The position numbers and the translations under genes were made by a program. From Amphiscolops sp. MND2022 (lineage: Eukaryota): a DNA stretch of 64,000 nt. The DNA lies in assembly GCA_964187785.1 (NCBI GenBank), contig OZ076409.1, positions 95,296,001 to 95,360,000 on the forward strand. The letters run 5' to 3'. The notes beneath the pieces were generated by a model. It made no database searches and was not told where the DNA came from. It was given only the letters and a program-made list of their open reading frames with translations. This document shows positions 38,765 through 52,601 of the stretch, piece by piece (within the stretch, counting starts at the first letter, position 1; every line of letters begins with the position of its first letter).

Positions 38765-38955
38765 GAGCGTTCGTGAACGAGACTAGAGAAGACTATGAAG
38801 TGAATGTAGTGTTTAATGTGTTGGGACCCTCTGCGGACACTTTCGCGACCGAACTGGACATAGATTGCACCTTCACCCTGCATACAGACACAGACGAAGA
38901 AGTGGGGGTAGTCAAACTGAAAGTGAAACCACCCACCGACCCAAATGCCCACAAG
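38765..38955 (+). CDS. Exon 9
   Basis: ttttcag / gtacgg; (G)AFVNETREDYEVNVVFNVLG...VKPPTDPNAHK; phase 1 in, phase 0 out. Confidence 0.85.
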
Positions 38956-40557
38956 GTACGGTATATTAGGTCACCCATAGAAACGGTATAAGTAACATTT
39001 TTGCAAAATTGAAAGTGAAAACTTTCATCAACAAGATGATAAATATCTTTGTCAGGTTAACGGAAAAACCGAACGCGCAAACATTTTACACCTCATTTAA
39101 TTTTAAACACTTGTCAACAATCATTTCACAACAACCTTTAACAAGTATTCAGCTTGCCAATTGCTCGAGTTGACAAATTACTTTGGAGCAAAAAACAAAA
39201 AAAATTCGAACAACTGAGATCAGTATGATTGTTGAAGAAAGAAGGCTTATGCTTTCGAAAATTTGATTACGCAAAAAGAATTGCAATCGAAATGATTAAC
39301 AGAAAAAGTGTCACGAATATTACGGGTTTGAAATTTGAAGTTTTTGTTAACTACATCTGGGTTGAGTTGGGTTTAATCACTTCTCGATATTTTTTGGGAA
39401 ATATTTTATCAAAAATGGGGATAAATTTCACGTTAGGACATTTCAACTCAATTCCTTTCAAAGATCAAAAGCTTCTGTTAGTAATTTCTTTGGAGGTAAT
39501 TAGATTTGTGGTACTTTGCTTTTGTTATCACGGCCAGAAAACTGCAAAAGTAGCCCGTGACCTTAGAATCGTTCCACAATATTTCTCGCGGTATCTTTCC
39601 TTTGATTTGTTTAACATCGTGTCCGAAAGTAAAGCAAATTTAGACTGATCTGAATTCAGCCAATTTTTTCCATTGCTGAATTTTTTTCTTAAAGAGCTCA
39701 ATCGATTAGGGCGTTCTCATTCGTTCAAGTAACTCTCAAGTTTTTTGGAGAAATTATAGCCGATCAAAAACGTATAAAAAGAAAAGGGAAATATTTTCAA
39801 AAAATTGATTTATTTTGAGCCAACAAACTTTTGGCAAGCATTTAATTGTCAATAGAACAGGTTCATCGGAGATGTGCAAAAACTTTTTTGTCCCTTTGTC
39901 TTTCACAACATAGCACTAATCGTCACCAGGTTTTTTTTGAACAACATTGTTTTTTGACATAATTAATGTTGTATATAAATCTTTTTCCAATTTTTAGGTT
40001 TTTTTGCGGCTGAAAAGTGGCCGTTAAACACAGACAGAATTTTGAATGGAAGTTAGAATTTTGGCGCGCAAATTGAACTTTTTTCGAGAAAAGAGTTCCA
40101 TGCTAAGTATGTATCCCTTCAATGTCTCCGTTTATTATGTTAAAACGTTTTACAATAGAATCCTTAGTTTCTTCAAAAGAGTTCTCGAAAGTGTCACCTT
40201 AGTCTCTGAACACCCTACCCTAAGTTACAGAAATTACAATTCTTGCAAAGTTCTTACAAAAATTCTGGCAAGATTTTGTGAGAAAATGCATTTTTAGAAT
40301 CTAACTCTTACAAAAATCTTGCAAGATTTGCATTTTTCTGCTCAGAATGTTCCAAAAAATTGCATAAATCCGACAATTTTTAAAAATGTTTTTAGAATCT
40401 TGTATGAAATGTTCGACATTGTAACAAATTTGCAAAATTTGTGATTCTTGTACAAACTTGTAAAATTCTTGTAAGAAATGCAAAGTTGACGAGAATTTCG
40501 GAAGAATTTTGCAAGATTTGTGAATGTAAAAATGTTTTTGAACAAGAATAATTTCAG

Positions 40558-40761
40558 TACAACCACAAGAAGGATCTGACTGTCCTCAAAGATGACTACA
40601 AATTCGTGATTTCCAAGAACACGGCCGACAAAGACAACTTCAACCCGCCCCCCGTGCCCGGAGGCAGTTTCACCCGCTGGCTCGACATCTACATCCCCCC
40701 ACAAACACTGGCACGCTACATGATTGCAGTCAACCTCACTGAGTTCTCCACCGACGACCAG
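40558..40761 (+). CDS. Exon 10 (3' boundary at an apparent non-canonical GG donor)
   Basis: atttcag acceptor; YNHKKDLTVLKDDYKFVISK...WLDIYIPPQTLARYMIAVNLTEFSTDDQ; C-ending codon bias stops at cag|ggatgg; next exon needs phase 0. Confidence 0.7.
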
Positions 40762-40783
40762 GGATGGGAGAACATTAATAAAA

Positions 40784-41198
40784 AACGAGCCGGGATCGGC
40801 CCAAGTCGGTGCCATACCTAAGGCTCAAAAATAGCTAGAGGATTTCAAAGTGTCAAGTATTCTTTTCAACAGTACCCGAAAAACCCAAAAGTTGGACCGA
40901 AAAAAAGGCCTTTTCTTACTGAGTCTCACAATGCCGAAAAAACTCAAAGCGGGGCATTCTGTTGCAAAATATCAAAAAAATTTTAAGGGGGACCCTTTAG
41001 TATCGTCCGTTTTTCCGTTTTTGTGTTACACTTAAAAAAGGAACATTTATTATAGTCCAGTTCCCTGGACCAAATGATTCAATTTGGGACCATAAAATTT
41101 CGTAGAACTTTGCAGAACTATTTTGGTCAGTTCATGTGGATCAGAAAAAAGAGTCACTATAATAGTCGCGTTTCACTTCATGAAGCGCCGACTAAAAA
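40784..41198 (-). mobile_element. HINE-like family A
   Basis: AACGAGCCGGGATCGGCCCAAGTCGGTGCC...GCGCCGACTAAAAA. Confidence 0.8.
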
Positions 41199-41459
41199 CA
41201 AGATGATCAAAAGTCGATTGTGGACATTTGAGCACAAAGCTCTGCATGTAGATTTTTGAGAGCGGTGATAGTCTTGTCACTCCCGCACTGACCACTAGAC
41301 CAAGTGGCGGAAATCACTGGAACAAGTCAAGTTAAAAGTTATACTTTTTTAAATAGAAATCTATCAGTTGGCTTGGCTCGAAAAAAGAAAAGGCTCCACT
41401 ACAGTCTGCGTATTCTACAGACTAATAAGTAATTTTCGCCCATCCCTGAAAAATTACAG

Positions 41460-41554
41460 ATGGTGGGGCTCTACCGAATGGATGTCATTTCTGCTGGGGA
41501 GTATATCGGGAAAAGCTTCAACAGATCGATTGTCAAAATTGAAGATTATGCTTC
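41460..41554 (+). CDS. Exon 11
   Basis: ttacag / gtaagt; MVGLYRMDVISAGEYIGKSFNRSIVKIEDYA; phase 0 in, phase 2 out. Confidence 0.8.
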
Positions 41555-41905
41555 GTAAGTTCATGCTCATGTTTACGTGTCATTTTTCCACTAGTACTTT
41601 GATGCAAAAGACGGTGGGCTTCAAAAAAATTCGGGAACAAATAATAAATTCGATACAACTTCCTAAAACAGTACAATGGTCAAAGCAGACTACTAATGTG
41701 GGAATAAACTTCAGAGCTTCTTAAAGAAAACTTTATCGTTCTAAAGTTTCAAAGTTTGCAATATATTACGCCATTAGTGATGTTTTTTCACGCCTTGCTC
41801 AATATTTAGAGCCGAAATGCCTTTGTCTAGTTTTTGTCTTCAAATACATGATGTAGATTTTTAAAAATATATTCAAAATATGTATTTTTTGTTTTTGTTT
41901 TCCAG

Positions 41906-42020
41906 GTCCAACTTTTCTGACGTGGATTACACTACGTACTTGCTGTATGACCTTGGATTTATTACCAACATGTACCCGGAGAAGGACACGGAAAAAGAGC
42001 ACGCGGATATGAAGGATACA
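41906..42020 (+). CDS. Exon 12
   Basis: ttttccag / gttagt; SNFSDVDYTTYLLYDLGFITNMYPEKDTEKEHADMKDT; phase 2 in, phase 0 out. Confidence 0.85.
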
Positions 42021-44592
42021 GTTAGTAATTAACTAAAACCAATAAACTAGAAAGTTATGAAGTTTCTCAACATCAAAGATCATATTAATGCTCTTTGGCC
42101 CAATGAATTTTTGCATGTACTTTAATGTTGCCAGCAACTTTTATTATGATTTTTTGAAACTCCTACAGAAACTTTCATGCGAAAATATTTACCTGTTGTA
42201 TTCGACCTTTATCAAGCTCCTCGAAAGATTCATCAACGTTTTGGCGGCAATTTTTAGCATTGAAATTTGCAAGTTTCATTACGAAGTGGTTTCAATTTTA
42301 AAAGCAAATATATCTGTCGCAGACTGCCGCAGCGGGACAGGAGATTGTCCCAGGGACACTTCCTACTTATTAAAACTTTTACTGTGTTAGTAAGAACGGA
42401 TCCATTATGGTGGTAATGCAATTTGTTATAATATATAATACTGTGAGTTGAAAACTTAGATTAGTCTGTTAGCATTGCCTATTGAGTTGCTCAAATTATG
42501 AAGAGAAAGGTGCCGGTTTCGGCCATGAGACGCATGCACTCTATTATTCGGATTGTCTCATTAAGTCACTGTGACAATAACTTGTTTACGCAAGATTTGT
42601 AAATTAATACCCTGAGTATGGGCGTATGCGCGTGCTTAGATGGAATGTTCAGCTTGACGCAATATATAAATTCCTCTGACACTTTGATGTGAAATGGTGA
42701 ATGTGGCCAGGTGCCGTTCAAGGAAATTCAGTATTGAAAAATTGTTAAACTTTATGCCTTTGTAATGTAAAGAATGTGAGTGTCATCTTGAAGGTGGTAT
42801 ATATACCATTACGATACATGTCCCGCAAAAGTGGAAAGTGATCACTTGGTGTAAATAGTTTTTTTGGGTAAAATAGTCAATTACTGTAGATTTGTCAAAG
42901 ACTGTAGTAATCCACTCGTGTACTGACTGGTGCAGCAAGGTGTAATATGAACGCGGTGAATTCCAGTCAAAATGCGTAGTTAGTAAATGGTGTAAAACAG
43001 TAAAACTTTGAAAACTAATTTAGTAAGGTGTAAGTTAGTCAAAGTTGGATTAAATTTCACTTTTATTGAGTCTCCTTCTACAAAACTACCGAAAAGTGTA
43101 AATTAGTCAAAGTTTGACTTTTACGGCAATTTAACAATTACTTCAAACACATCATTTTACAATGAATAGTTGTTTGGCGTTTAGTTACTTTGACTAAATT
43201 ACACAACAACTTTGACTGAATTACGCGATTAAACAATTACCGCATACGTACAATAACACATACACACATACAGTAAAGATTACATTGGATGACACATGCA
43301 CGCAAAAAAATTCTAGTCATTTAGTATAACTAACTAATTATGTCAAATTAGAGTTTAATGATTTGAATTAATTGCTTACTGATCATGCCAGTAAGCAAAA
43401 TGTTTAATCATAAACTGGACCACGTGTTCAGTTTGTGTGTTCATGGCATGGACTTAGAGGAAGCTAGTCTTTTGGCAGTAGAAAGTAGTCGCAATTCACG
43501 ATAAACGAAAGGCTAGAATTTACCAGAAACGGATGCCTACTCGGAAAAAAATTATCGAGAAACTAATAACTTTTTCTAAAAATGACTTTTTTCTGGTGAA
43601 AGATGAATTGTATCAGTTTTTCATCTTATATACAATTTTGACCTGGAAACATTTTTAAAGTCATAGAATAATATTGCTTGTGAGGGTCTGGTATTTCAAC
43701 ATTACAAACAGAACACTGATCAAACCAATATCCCAGAGGGGTTGCTATTAACAACTATCATGTTGAAGCCTTGTGGAACGTTTAGTTGAAGCACAAAATT
43801 AGCTGCATAATAAACTACCGAAACTTAGATAACATCAAGATAAACACAAAAAATGCCCAAAACTGAGTGCGGGCTGGTGTTAAGTGGGGATGCGGTTCGT
43901 TCAACCAGTCAAAACAAGGATTAAAACAAGAGGATAAAAGTAGGTAGAAATAAAGCAAGGCATTATGGATAAAAATTGGACTCATCGAAAACAAGTCTGA
44001 AAGGGCCTATGTCAATCCCCTTTTGAGGCTTCCAAGCACGAAGGCTTCTCAGTAAGCATAAGAACTAAGCCTCATATGCTCCAGAAACGCGCATTTTCAG
44101 AAAAGTTTAGAGGGCTATCTTATGGCTGTGAAAATAATCGAAGAACACTTTTAGAAAACTTCACCAACATCACACTTTCGAAACTGGGACTGCACATTGT
44201 ATTTAAAATAGGCTCCCTAGGCGCAAGAGACATCGGAAAAATGTCTAATGCACTGATGCTTGCAACCTCTGCATGATATCACAGACAAGCGTGAAAACGC
44301 TTAAGTTTTTTAGTCAGTAATATCGTGTCTCAATTTCGAGGGAAGTGAAGAGAAAACGTACTGATAGAAAAACGGAAAATGCTTTTTAATTCCAGAATAG
44401 GATGAGTTTAAACTCATAATTCTTTGGCTCGCCTACGAACTTCGAGGCACAAGTCGTTTGAGAAATGTTTATTAATTTTTCAATATTAATTTGGCTACGA
44501 AATGTACGAAATCAGCTGCAGGGCATCATCGTTTTTAACGAATTCGCTATGAAGATTCTATAGAAATATCGTGAAAAGTGAATTTAACCGAC

Positions 44593-44739
44593 AATAAATT
44601 AAGGCAATAAATTAATCAGTCACTTCAATGATAAAATCTCGGGGAAGGTCATCGGTATAAAATTCGGAATTTTATACCAATGATCTTCCCCGAGACCTTA
44701 TCATTGAAGTGACTGATTAATTTATTGCCTTAATTTATT
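44593..44739. repeat. Near-perfect foldback palindrome centred at 44666
   Basis: aataaattaaggcaataaattaatcagtcacttcaatgataa...ttatcattgaagtgactgattaatttattgccttaatttatt. Confidence 0.9.
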
Positions 44740-44794
44740 CGTGATGTTCGTTTAACTTCGTTCACGATGTTCGTTAACGAGTCGTTTAACTTAC

Positions 44795-45067
44795 AGCGCG
44801 TTGGTTTGCTCGAGATGCTTTTCCAGAACTCCAAATGCGTCTCGAATCCACACGGAAAATATAATTCGGCCATACGTTACGATCCGTAAAGTCATCCATT
44901 GACTCCCAATCTATTTATTGTAGCATAATTGTCACGTTCCAAGGCCATTTTTCAACCAGCATAAAAACGTCACCATCGGCTTCTGATGAAATGACGACTT
45001 GTTTAGGGAAAATTTTGTCAAGGTATTTCAAATATTCTGTGAGAAGTCCGATGCATTCGAATATTCG
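44795..45067 (-). pseudogene. Candidate decayed exon inside the CATTA element
   Basis: ttctag / gtaagt; 91 codons RIFECIGLLTEYLKYLDKIFPKQVV...WPWNVTIMLQ*IDWESM...RANQRA with one stop. Confidence 0.4.
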
Positions 45068-45764
45068 CTAGAATTAGGGTAGAAAGACTATATATAGTCG
45101 CAAACTACAAATTTACCATTCTAATAGATGCTTCAAGTTTCAACCTGTCTCCAGAGCATGCAACTACATGGGGGGGAACTAAAGGTCAATTATAGAAATA
45201 CAATTATTTTGATTTAAGGTATACATTTTTGTTGCTCTAAAATACTCCTCAAAACTGAGCCCTATCAACCGAACAAGGTTCATCTCCTTGAAAAAAATGG
45301 AAATGAAGAATGAGCAGAAATGAAGACAGGAGAAATGAAGAAAATTGGTAATGTGGCTGCTCATTCAAGCTTTGTTCTGGAGCCATTTCAATGTGGCATA
45401 CGACGTGATGGAATTTGCACTTGATAAAGAGTGGAATTTGATTTGAAGTCCTACAAACTTGCATGCATTGGGCTGAGTACATTTTGAGCGAACACCAACG
45501 AAACTCAAAGAAAGATGTGGTACATTTAAAAGAATTGAGTCGAGTTAAGAATTGGGAAATTATGCACCTGAATCGTTTCTAAAGAAACCATCACATTGAT
45601 TTGAAATCTACAACAATAACTGAAACTTCGAAAACAAAATTTCAGCACGAGGACAAATCAGGGGCTGCAAAGGTAGTTATCAATTACAAGGGTCAAGTTG
45701 GTCATCTAAAACAAAATTTAACATCCAAATTCAATCAAAATTAAAAGCTATAAGCAAACAGTTG

Positions 45765-46883
45765 TTATTCAACGGGCACTATCGACATAACCTTTACAAA
45801 CAACGAAACACGAATGCCATGTAAAAAAACTATAACGCTTTGGAGAGGGCTTGAAAATAGTAGCCATTTTGCAGCTCGAAGATGTTGTGCCTCCGGCTGC
45901 GGCCGCTGAAGTTGGTGACTACCAGGTGAAGAGTTGTTGGTGTTTTTGGAGTCCTGCAGGTCCTTTGAAGTTTGAGACACAATAGTGGCTTTGGTTGTTT
46001 TACTACTACTGCTACTACCACCACCACTCCTTGATGTAGTTACTCAAGTTCCTTTGCTCGTGTTGCCAGTCAAGTTTTTGCCTTTTCGGTTCAGTCCTCG
46101 AGCGTATGTTGACGTCGAAGGAGTTGATGCCGGTGCTACCCATCCAGGTGCTACCTCGTTTCCGGGGTTGTCTTCTCCAAATGATGTAATTTTTCCATCA
46201 GCTTCAGAAACAACACAGTTGGTTGGAAGGTTCTCCAGCATAGTTAGAGGTCACTGATTTGCTTTTGACTTGACCCCACGATAAACCTTTGCATTCGGAT
46301 GACTTATCATGGCTACCATTGGCTCCCAATGTGGTCGCAGGTTGATTAGAGGACGACTGTTTTCCAGTGGTTGCCAAAGGAGCTGACTTAGGGGAGATAT
46401 TTTTGGTGGGACTTGGAATGTTCATTTGGTTACAACTAATAACGTTAGCTTGTGAGGAGCATGTGAATGAGAAGGAAAAGTCTGTCATTTTGCTGCTGCT
46501 GAGTGGGGTTATTGAAGAGGAACAGATGTTGCTGTGGGAAGATACAACCGGGGACGAGAGGGTATTGTCACGTGCACCTGGTGGAAGTCCGTAACCCTCC
46601 ACCCCTGCGACACCCAATGCGGTGGCCACCAACCGTTCATCAGACGAGAGGTGATGATTGGTGGGGCGAATGACACAACTACTAATACTACTAATCTTAT
46701 CAGTGGGAGCTGCTGTACACCCTCCCCTAACCCTCCTGTCAGCACCCCTGTACAAGTGGAGGTGGAGGGTGAGGGCAGGAGGTCGGCAGCTGATGACGTG
46801 GCAGAGGTGCTGCTGTCGCCACAGTCTAGCAAGCCCGCGTACTCACTGTCTCCGTCCAAATCCTCGCCTCCAGAGCTGCTCTC
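45765..46883 (-). pseudogene. Decayed Ser/Thr/Gly-rich low-complexity coding exon (captured gene fragment)
   Basis: GC-rich island; four consecutive minus ORFs join via two frameshifts and one TGA into about 370 aa (SSSGGEDLDGDSEYAGLLDCGD...TTSRSGGGSSSSSK...QLQRPQPEAQ); tttaaag acceptor-like site at the start. Confidence 0.6.
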
Positions 46884-47111
46884 TTTAAATTAATACATAT
46901 TCGCGAGTTTAGAAAAACTTGTGAATGCTTGCTTTTGTCATCATCCAATCAACCCTTCAACTCATCATTAGTCAGGTACTGCAAACAATTGACGTCATAC
47001 CAGAAACCAGTTTATAACATAATTTGAATTTAGAAAAAATCAAAATACGTCCGAAAGAAACTCACCAGCAGTAGATAACTATTAAACTTTATCATCAACA
47101 ACTAAACTTTC

Positions 47112-47932
47112 CATTACGATACACGTACCGGTAAGCTGCATTTCAGTCAAGCAGCGTAATCTGTGTAATCCGTAAAATGGTCATTCAGCGTAAGTTAGTC
47201 AAAACGGTCTATGCTTCAACGGTGTAGCTGTGTCAACGCGCGTAATGGAAAATAGTGTAAGCTAGTCAAAACACGTAGTTAGTGAAAAGTGGAAGTTAGT
47301 CCAAAAATTTTCTTTTTCGGAATTCAGTCAAAACTTTGACTAACTTCCGCTTTTTGCAAATTGCAGATCGCTATACTTGCAATAAGTGGAAGTTAGTCAA
47401 AGTTTTGACTAACTTACACCATGTTTATATGCATTCAAAACTCAGTGTTCATTTTAATTCCAATTCATACCACAGCATCGTAAACCAGTCAAAGTAAACA
47501 ATGATTCAATAAATAATTAGTTATCATTACTGAGCTCTACCGTGCATAGTACGTATAAACTGCATTCAATGCAAGTTGCACACGCGAACACGTGTGTTTC
47601 ATCCACGCATTTACGTGCAAATAAAAAACTTTGTAGCTTCTAATTAGTACAATTGATTGATCTGTCAACAGGTTTCCTATTCTAACAAAACATAATTTCA
47701 AAGCAGCCCTCATTAATAGTTGCCTAACTAATTTTTATTTTGGTCCCTGTCGTGAGCACAGTCACCGGAATGATTGGATAACTTGTTATTTTGGTCTGGG
47801 TATTTTGAGCCATATCTATGCGCGTAATGTGTGACAAGTGTAAAACTTCCAAAAAAAATATTCGCGCTCTGATTGGACAAAAATCGAACTAGCAGGATCC
47901 TGCTAGTTCGTACCGGCATGTGTATTGTAATG
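47112..47932. mobile_element. 820-bp MITE of the same CATTA family, nested in the large element
   Basis: TIR CATTACGATACACGTACCGGTA vs CATTACAATACACATGCCGGTA; 2-bp TSD TC; perfect 26-bp palindrome at 47885-47910. Confidence 0.8.
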
Positions 47933-48691
47933 TCCAAATAAAAAGGTCTAGCATTGCGTTCAGATTTAATTTTCAGTTAGTATTTAGTTTTCATAACAAA
48001 AATGCAGCTTTAGCTCGCAATTCAAACTAAATTCAAGTATGTTCAGCTTTGCCATCAGCTCCGTTACTCATTTACTAGGTTTTCTCTTTCAACACACAGA
48101 GGATTAACATCAAGAAACGGTTTTCAGTTAATTAACAAGCAAGGTTGCACCAGAGCACTTAACTAATTTGTAACTGGTCCGTAAAAAAACTTTGGAACTA
48201 AGAACTTCGCACCAGCAGCAATTTCAAATTTGATCAGAATATATCATAATTGAACGCGTTTAAAAATGGATGTTAAAGCCTAGTTGGTTGCAGGGCCGAA
48301 GGACCTCACATGTCGTCATTTCGCAATACAGGTCCCGGTCCACAAATTTGCGGCCTGACTTTCAACTGAGTTAGCCGCATATACTCGGAGCAATTTCTGC
48401 AAGGATTCTTGGCGTGTCAAAAAACAGCGTCAAATGTCTTATACTTTAATCCAGCGACGCGCTCCGAGCAATAGCGTGAATAAGGATGCTAATTAGTTAC
48501 GGCGTGAAAAAACAACTTCAAGATGAATTTCTTCATTTCTTTTATTGACGTTTTTTCGACACTTTTTTAAAGAATTAAGATGTATATCAAATGGGGTACG
48601 CCGGATTTGAAGAACATTCAATCAAATCAAGTCTACTCTAGCTTCTTGGCCAGGAAACCAATTCTTCGTATAGACATTTCGGATAATTGTA

Positions 48692-48859
48692 CAGTGGATT
48701 CCGCCTAATTCGTACCGCTAGGGACTGAATAAAATAGTACGAATGATGCGAAATTAACCTTATTATATGTCTTTGGTTGCCGCGAAACGGGGGTCTCAGA
48801 TGCATACGAATTAAACGAAGATCCGAATTATCCGGATACGAATTAAACGGAGTTGACTG
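48692..48859. mobile_element. Tc1/pogo-type MITE
   Basis: TA|CAGTGGATTCCGCCTAATTCGTA...TACGAATTAAACGGAGTTGACTG|TA. Confidence 0.75.
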
Positions 48860-49900
48860 TATATGAAAGTATAACAATGTATAATTTCACAAGTATAACA
48901 ATGAATCTTAGAGCGAAAGAAAAAAATGCTGCAAATTTCGAATCATTCTATCTCGAAATGCCACAGGCCGTGATTCGCGAGTGGCTTTTTTAAAAAAATT
49001 GAGTTTTAGAAATACCAGCTTTTTTCAAAATAATTTAATTTCGAATGGTGGTTGGGGGAGTCATATTTTTCGGGAAAAAAAGTTCACTGTCATTTTCCCG
49101 ACAACCATTTTAAAAAAGTTGGATTGCCCACATTTCAATACCACTAATGCCCTTATTGCAGTAGCGAAGCCAAGCAAAGTCTACGAAGTCCGACCAGTAG
49201 GGGCACAAAGCGGAGGAAGAACAAGACATGCAGCTAATTTTTTTTCTAAAAAAGTTTTTGAATAATTTTAGATGGAGTTGGTTTGACTGGTGCACCCAGG
49301 GAAATAAAATATTGTACTTAGGTATTTTTAAATATATTTATTTGTTACTGGCTAACAATTAAATTTAATAAAAACATTGTCCAATATTAGGTGAGGAAAA
49401 AATATATTGTTCGGACAAAAATTTCGTTTGTTTGTACCTTCTTGGACTGTTTTGTTTTTTGTAACCATCGATGATTTTGTCAAACTTCCCGAATTGATTT
49501 TTTCACATGACTGGTAACTATAGCTCATAGGTTTAACTTCCTTATAGGTTTAAAAGTGAAAAAAATGGACGTTTTCCGTATATTCCAGCCAGTTTCTTGC
49601 AGAAGTTTTTTATATTTCAGACATTGTCTTCCAAGATTCGTCCAAGAAACTTGCGAGAAATGTCTTGACCTCTAAGAATCTTACAAGAAACGTCTCAATA
49701 TGCAAGAAATGTCTAATCTGCGTGAATCTGACAGGTTTGTCTGAAATGTAAGATACTTTCAAGTTTCTTGCAGATAGGGTCTGATATATACTTCTGCAAG
49801 ATTCTTGCAAGAATTGTATTGGAGTTTGACTCTGTCTGAAAATTGAATTGAGTTTCGTGCATTTCGCTCATACGATCATAAGATTATGTTGAGGAGAGAA

Positions 49901-50705
49901 TGTCAAACTCGAGACATGTTGATAAACTACCTGCCTGATAGACAGTCCCTTATTTCTGTTTGATCTAGTTTGATACCATTTGTTCATATATGCATTGATA
50001 CACACTGAAGCTTACTTAACATTAGCGTTAGCATTGTTCGAATTCAATTTCTTAGTAACCCTCTCCGTTAACCTACTTTATGGCGCCGTCAGCAGCTTAA
50101 AGAACTACCAATAATGAACACCGACCCAAACATGTCCGAACGACCCGGACAAACAACAACGATGATGGAGAGAAACAAATAAGGAATTCCAATTTTGTCA
50201 GATAGAAACACAGACCTGACAAAAATCAATCCCAGAATGTGATGGGAGCAAGTATCGGAAAATATTGACCTCACATATCATAAAAATCTGAAGACCTAAT
50301 GGACCAGGGTACCGAAACCATGATGCCCATACAGCTTACCATATCAAGGGCGATGTCATTTGGGCATTGGGCCCCAAAGGAAAACATGAGATAATGAGGG
50401 GTCAATTGGGCAGAGAGCTGAAAGATGTCAATCTTCCAGAACTACTGAAACTGTTCAAAAAACCTTTATACCCGCCCGAAATGTATTCCACAGCAGAGTG
50501 GTAAATTGCAACATGAATCAAAAATGAAGAAACGAAACGTCAGAGAGGAACACCTTCCAGGAGATAGTGTCACCAAAAAAACGAAAAGCTGAACAATTGA
50601 ATATCACCCATGACATGAAATATACTGAGCCTTGGTTTGTGCGGATAATGACCGAATGACCGAAATGCGTTATTTAGAGCCTCACTGAAATGCCAACAAT
50701 CTTCA
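49901..50705 (+). mobile_element. Gypsy fragment (probable LTR, PBS, 5' gag, RT scrap)
   Basis: TGGCGCCGTC PBS-like at 50081; decayed gag IKGDVIWALGPKGKHEIMRGQ...LLKLFKKTF similar to gag at 14600-14830; LTEMPTIF at about 50680. Confidence 0.65.
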
Positions 50706-52327
50706 AAACTTTCCGCGTAACATGAAACTTGAAGTGTAACACTTTAGAGAGCGACAAAAATGAAACGTGATTTGTCGTCAAAAGCGAAGTACGTCTTCAG
50801 AACACATACATTCGTGTTATTAATCATTCAACAAAGCTTTCAGTTTTTCAGTACACGAAATTATGGGTTACACGACATTTCGAAAATGTTTTCTCTTGAA
50901 TAAATTCTTTACCGCATTAACATTTTCATGAATTTGATAAATCCTTATTTTGAGAAAAATATTGTACGCAAATTTCTTTCATTTCAACGTTAAACATTAA
51001 TTTTGTAAGTGCAAAGTGATTTACTTATTAAGTGGATATGTTGAATATTGGGCGATTTTCATTGGCTGAAATTCAAGCCAGAGCCTTCCTAAAATCGCGG
51101 CGCGAATTCACGTTCGAATGATAAAATCAGCGTTTACAAGTGTCGGACAATTCTTTACTGTTTTACGCCAGTGGTCCAGTTTTATTCTGCAAGGTATTCA
51201 ATAAGGCAATCAAAATGGTGGATCAAAAATATCTGCATGGATTGATATATCTTATGTGGAAATCAGGTATGACTGTTTCACTTTGCCAATAAAATTTGTC
51301 TCGGAGTCAATTTTTACAACAAGGATCCAAAAACTCGTGCAATCGACACACTATGAGCGCCTAACTGATTTTCGTTTCAATTTTCGTTTTCAATTAAATT
51401 TCATTGGTTTTCTCTGATGCTTATTGAATTTCAAGCATCATCCCTTCAGTTTATACATGTATAGAATGCTGCCTAGACTCAGCTGCCTGAAGCGAACTTA
51501 TATATAGGAAATAATTGCAATTAATTGCAGAACTTGCAATCACCTAATTGTAATTGCAAATTCTGCGCAATCAATAAATTGGAACCAATTAATTGTAATG
51601 CAGTTTTTCCCTCCTCCTGCCTTGCTCAATATGAGAAAAATAGTTACATAGACTCTGCAACTGAATTTCCAAAGTCCTTTATGTAAAAATAACCATTTAC
51701 AAACTTGTCTCAATAGTTTGTCCGTTGACAAAAAATGGCTATCCAGATTTTGTGCCTTTCCAGAAACATGGTCGTCTACATGAGTGTTTCCCTCATAAGT
51801 GCCAAAACTTATTGTCATGCCATATGTGTCAAAAATTTTGTCATACTCACAATGTGATATGTTGGCGCTTTCCAATCCTGCAGTTTGTGATCATTACCTT
51901 TTTAATTCTTTGCTCAAGCTATTGCTAAGCTATTTTTGAAAAATTCTTTTCTCTTACAAGTTTTGATGTAACTTAACGAATCGGGAATTTCTGCGACCTC
52001 CAGATATCTCATTCCAGGAATCTAACCCGTCTATGCCTATCGTCCAAAGGTGCTAGATGTCATGGGCAGTTTGTATTCGCTTTCCATGCGCATGAGCTGA
52101 GAGCAGACGCAGCAGACAGAAGAGCATTAGAAAAGAAACTCTACTTCTAAAATGGACCCACAATAGCAGCTGCCATACACACCTTTGACGCAGTGTAATT
52201 TGTGGCATTTATTAACGAGGGGCTAAATCATGCATTGAATTCTTCAGAAATGAGTTCGATTGCCTAACTACTTTCCTTCCGTACACGGAGCCCTAGCATT
52301 TGAGCTGAGTGGCTAACATTGCTGTGC

Positions 52328-52601
52328 TTTTTTTATTTTCCGCCCACATATAATGGGGGAGAAAAGTCATAAACTGTGTAGCGTTTTTCCAAATTCTGCC
52401 AAATCTCCACGATCTCCATCCACTTCACTTAGTTACTTGAGTATTTTAGTTACTTCACTGTTTTACTAGTAACTAAATTACTAGTAATTATAATAGTCAA
52501 GTAACTAAAACAGCTATAACTCAGCTGGAGTCATATCTATGGCTCAGTTAGTGAAGGCGCGGAAGGCGGAAATAACCCCGGGGCTTAGCGGGCGTCTTGT
52601 T
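52328..52601 (+). mobile_element. HINE-like family B
   Basis: TTTTTTATTTTCCGCCCACAT...GGCGGAAATAACCCCGGGGCTTAGCGGGCGTCTTGTT. Confidence 0.75.
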
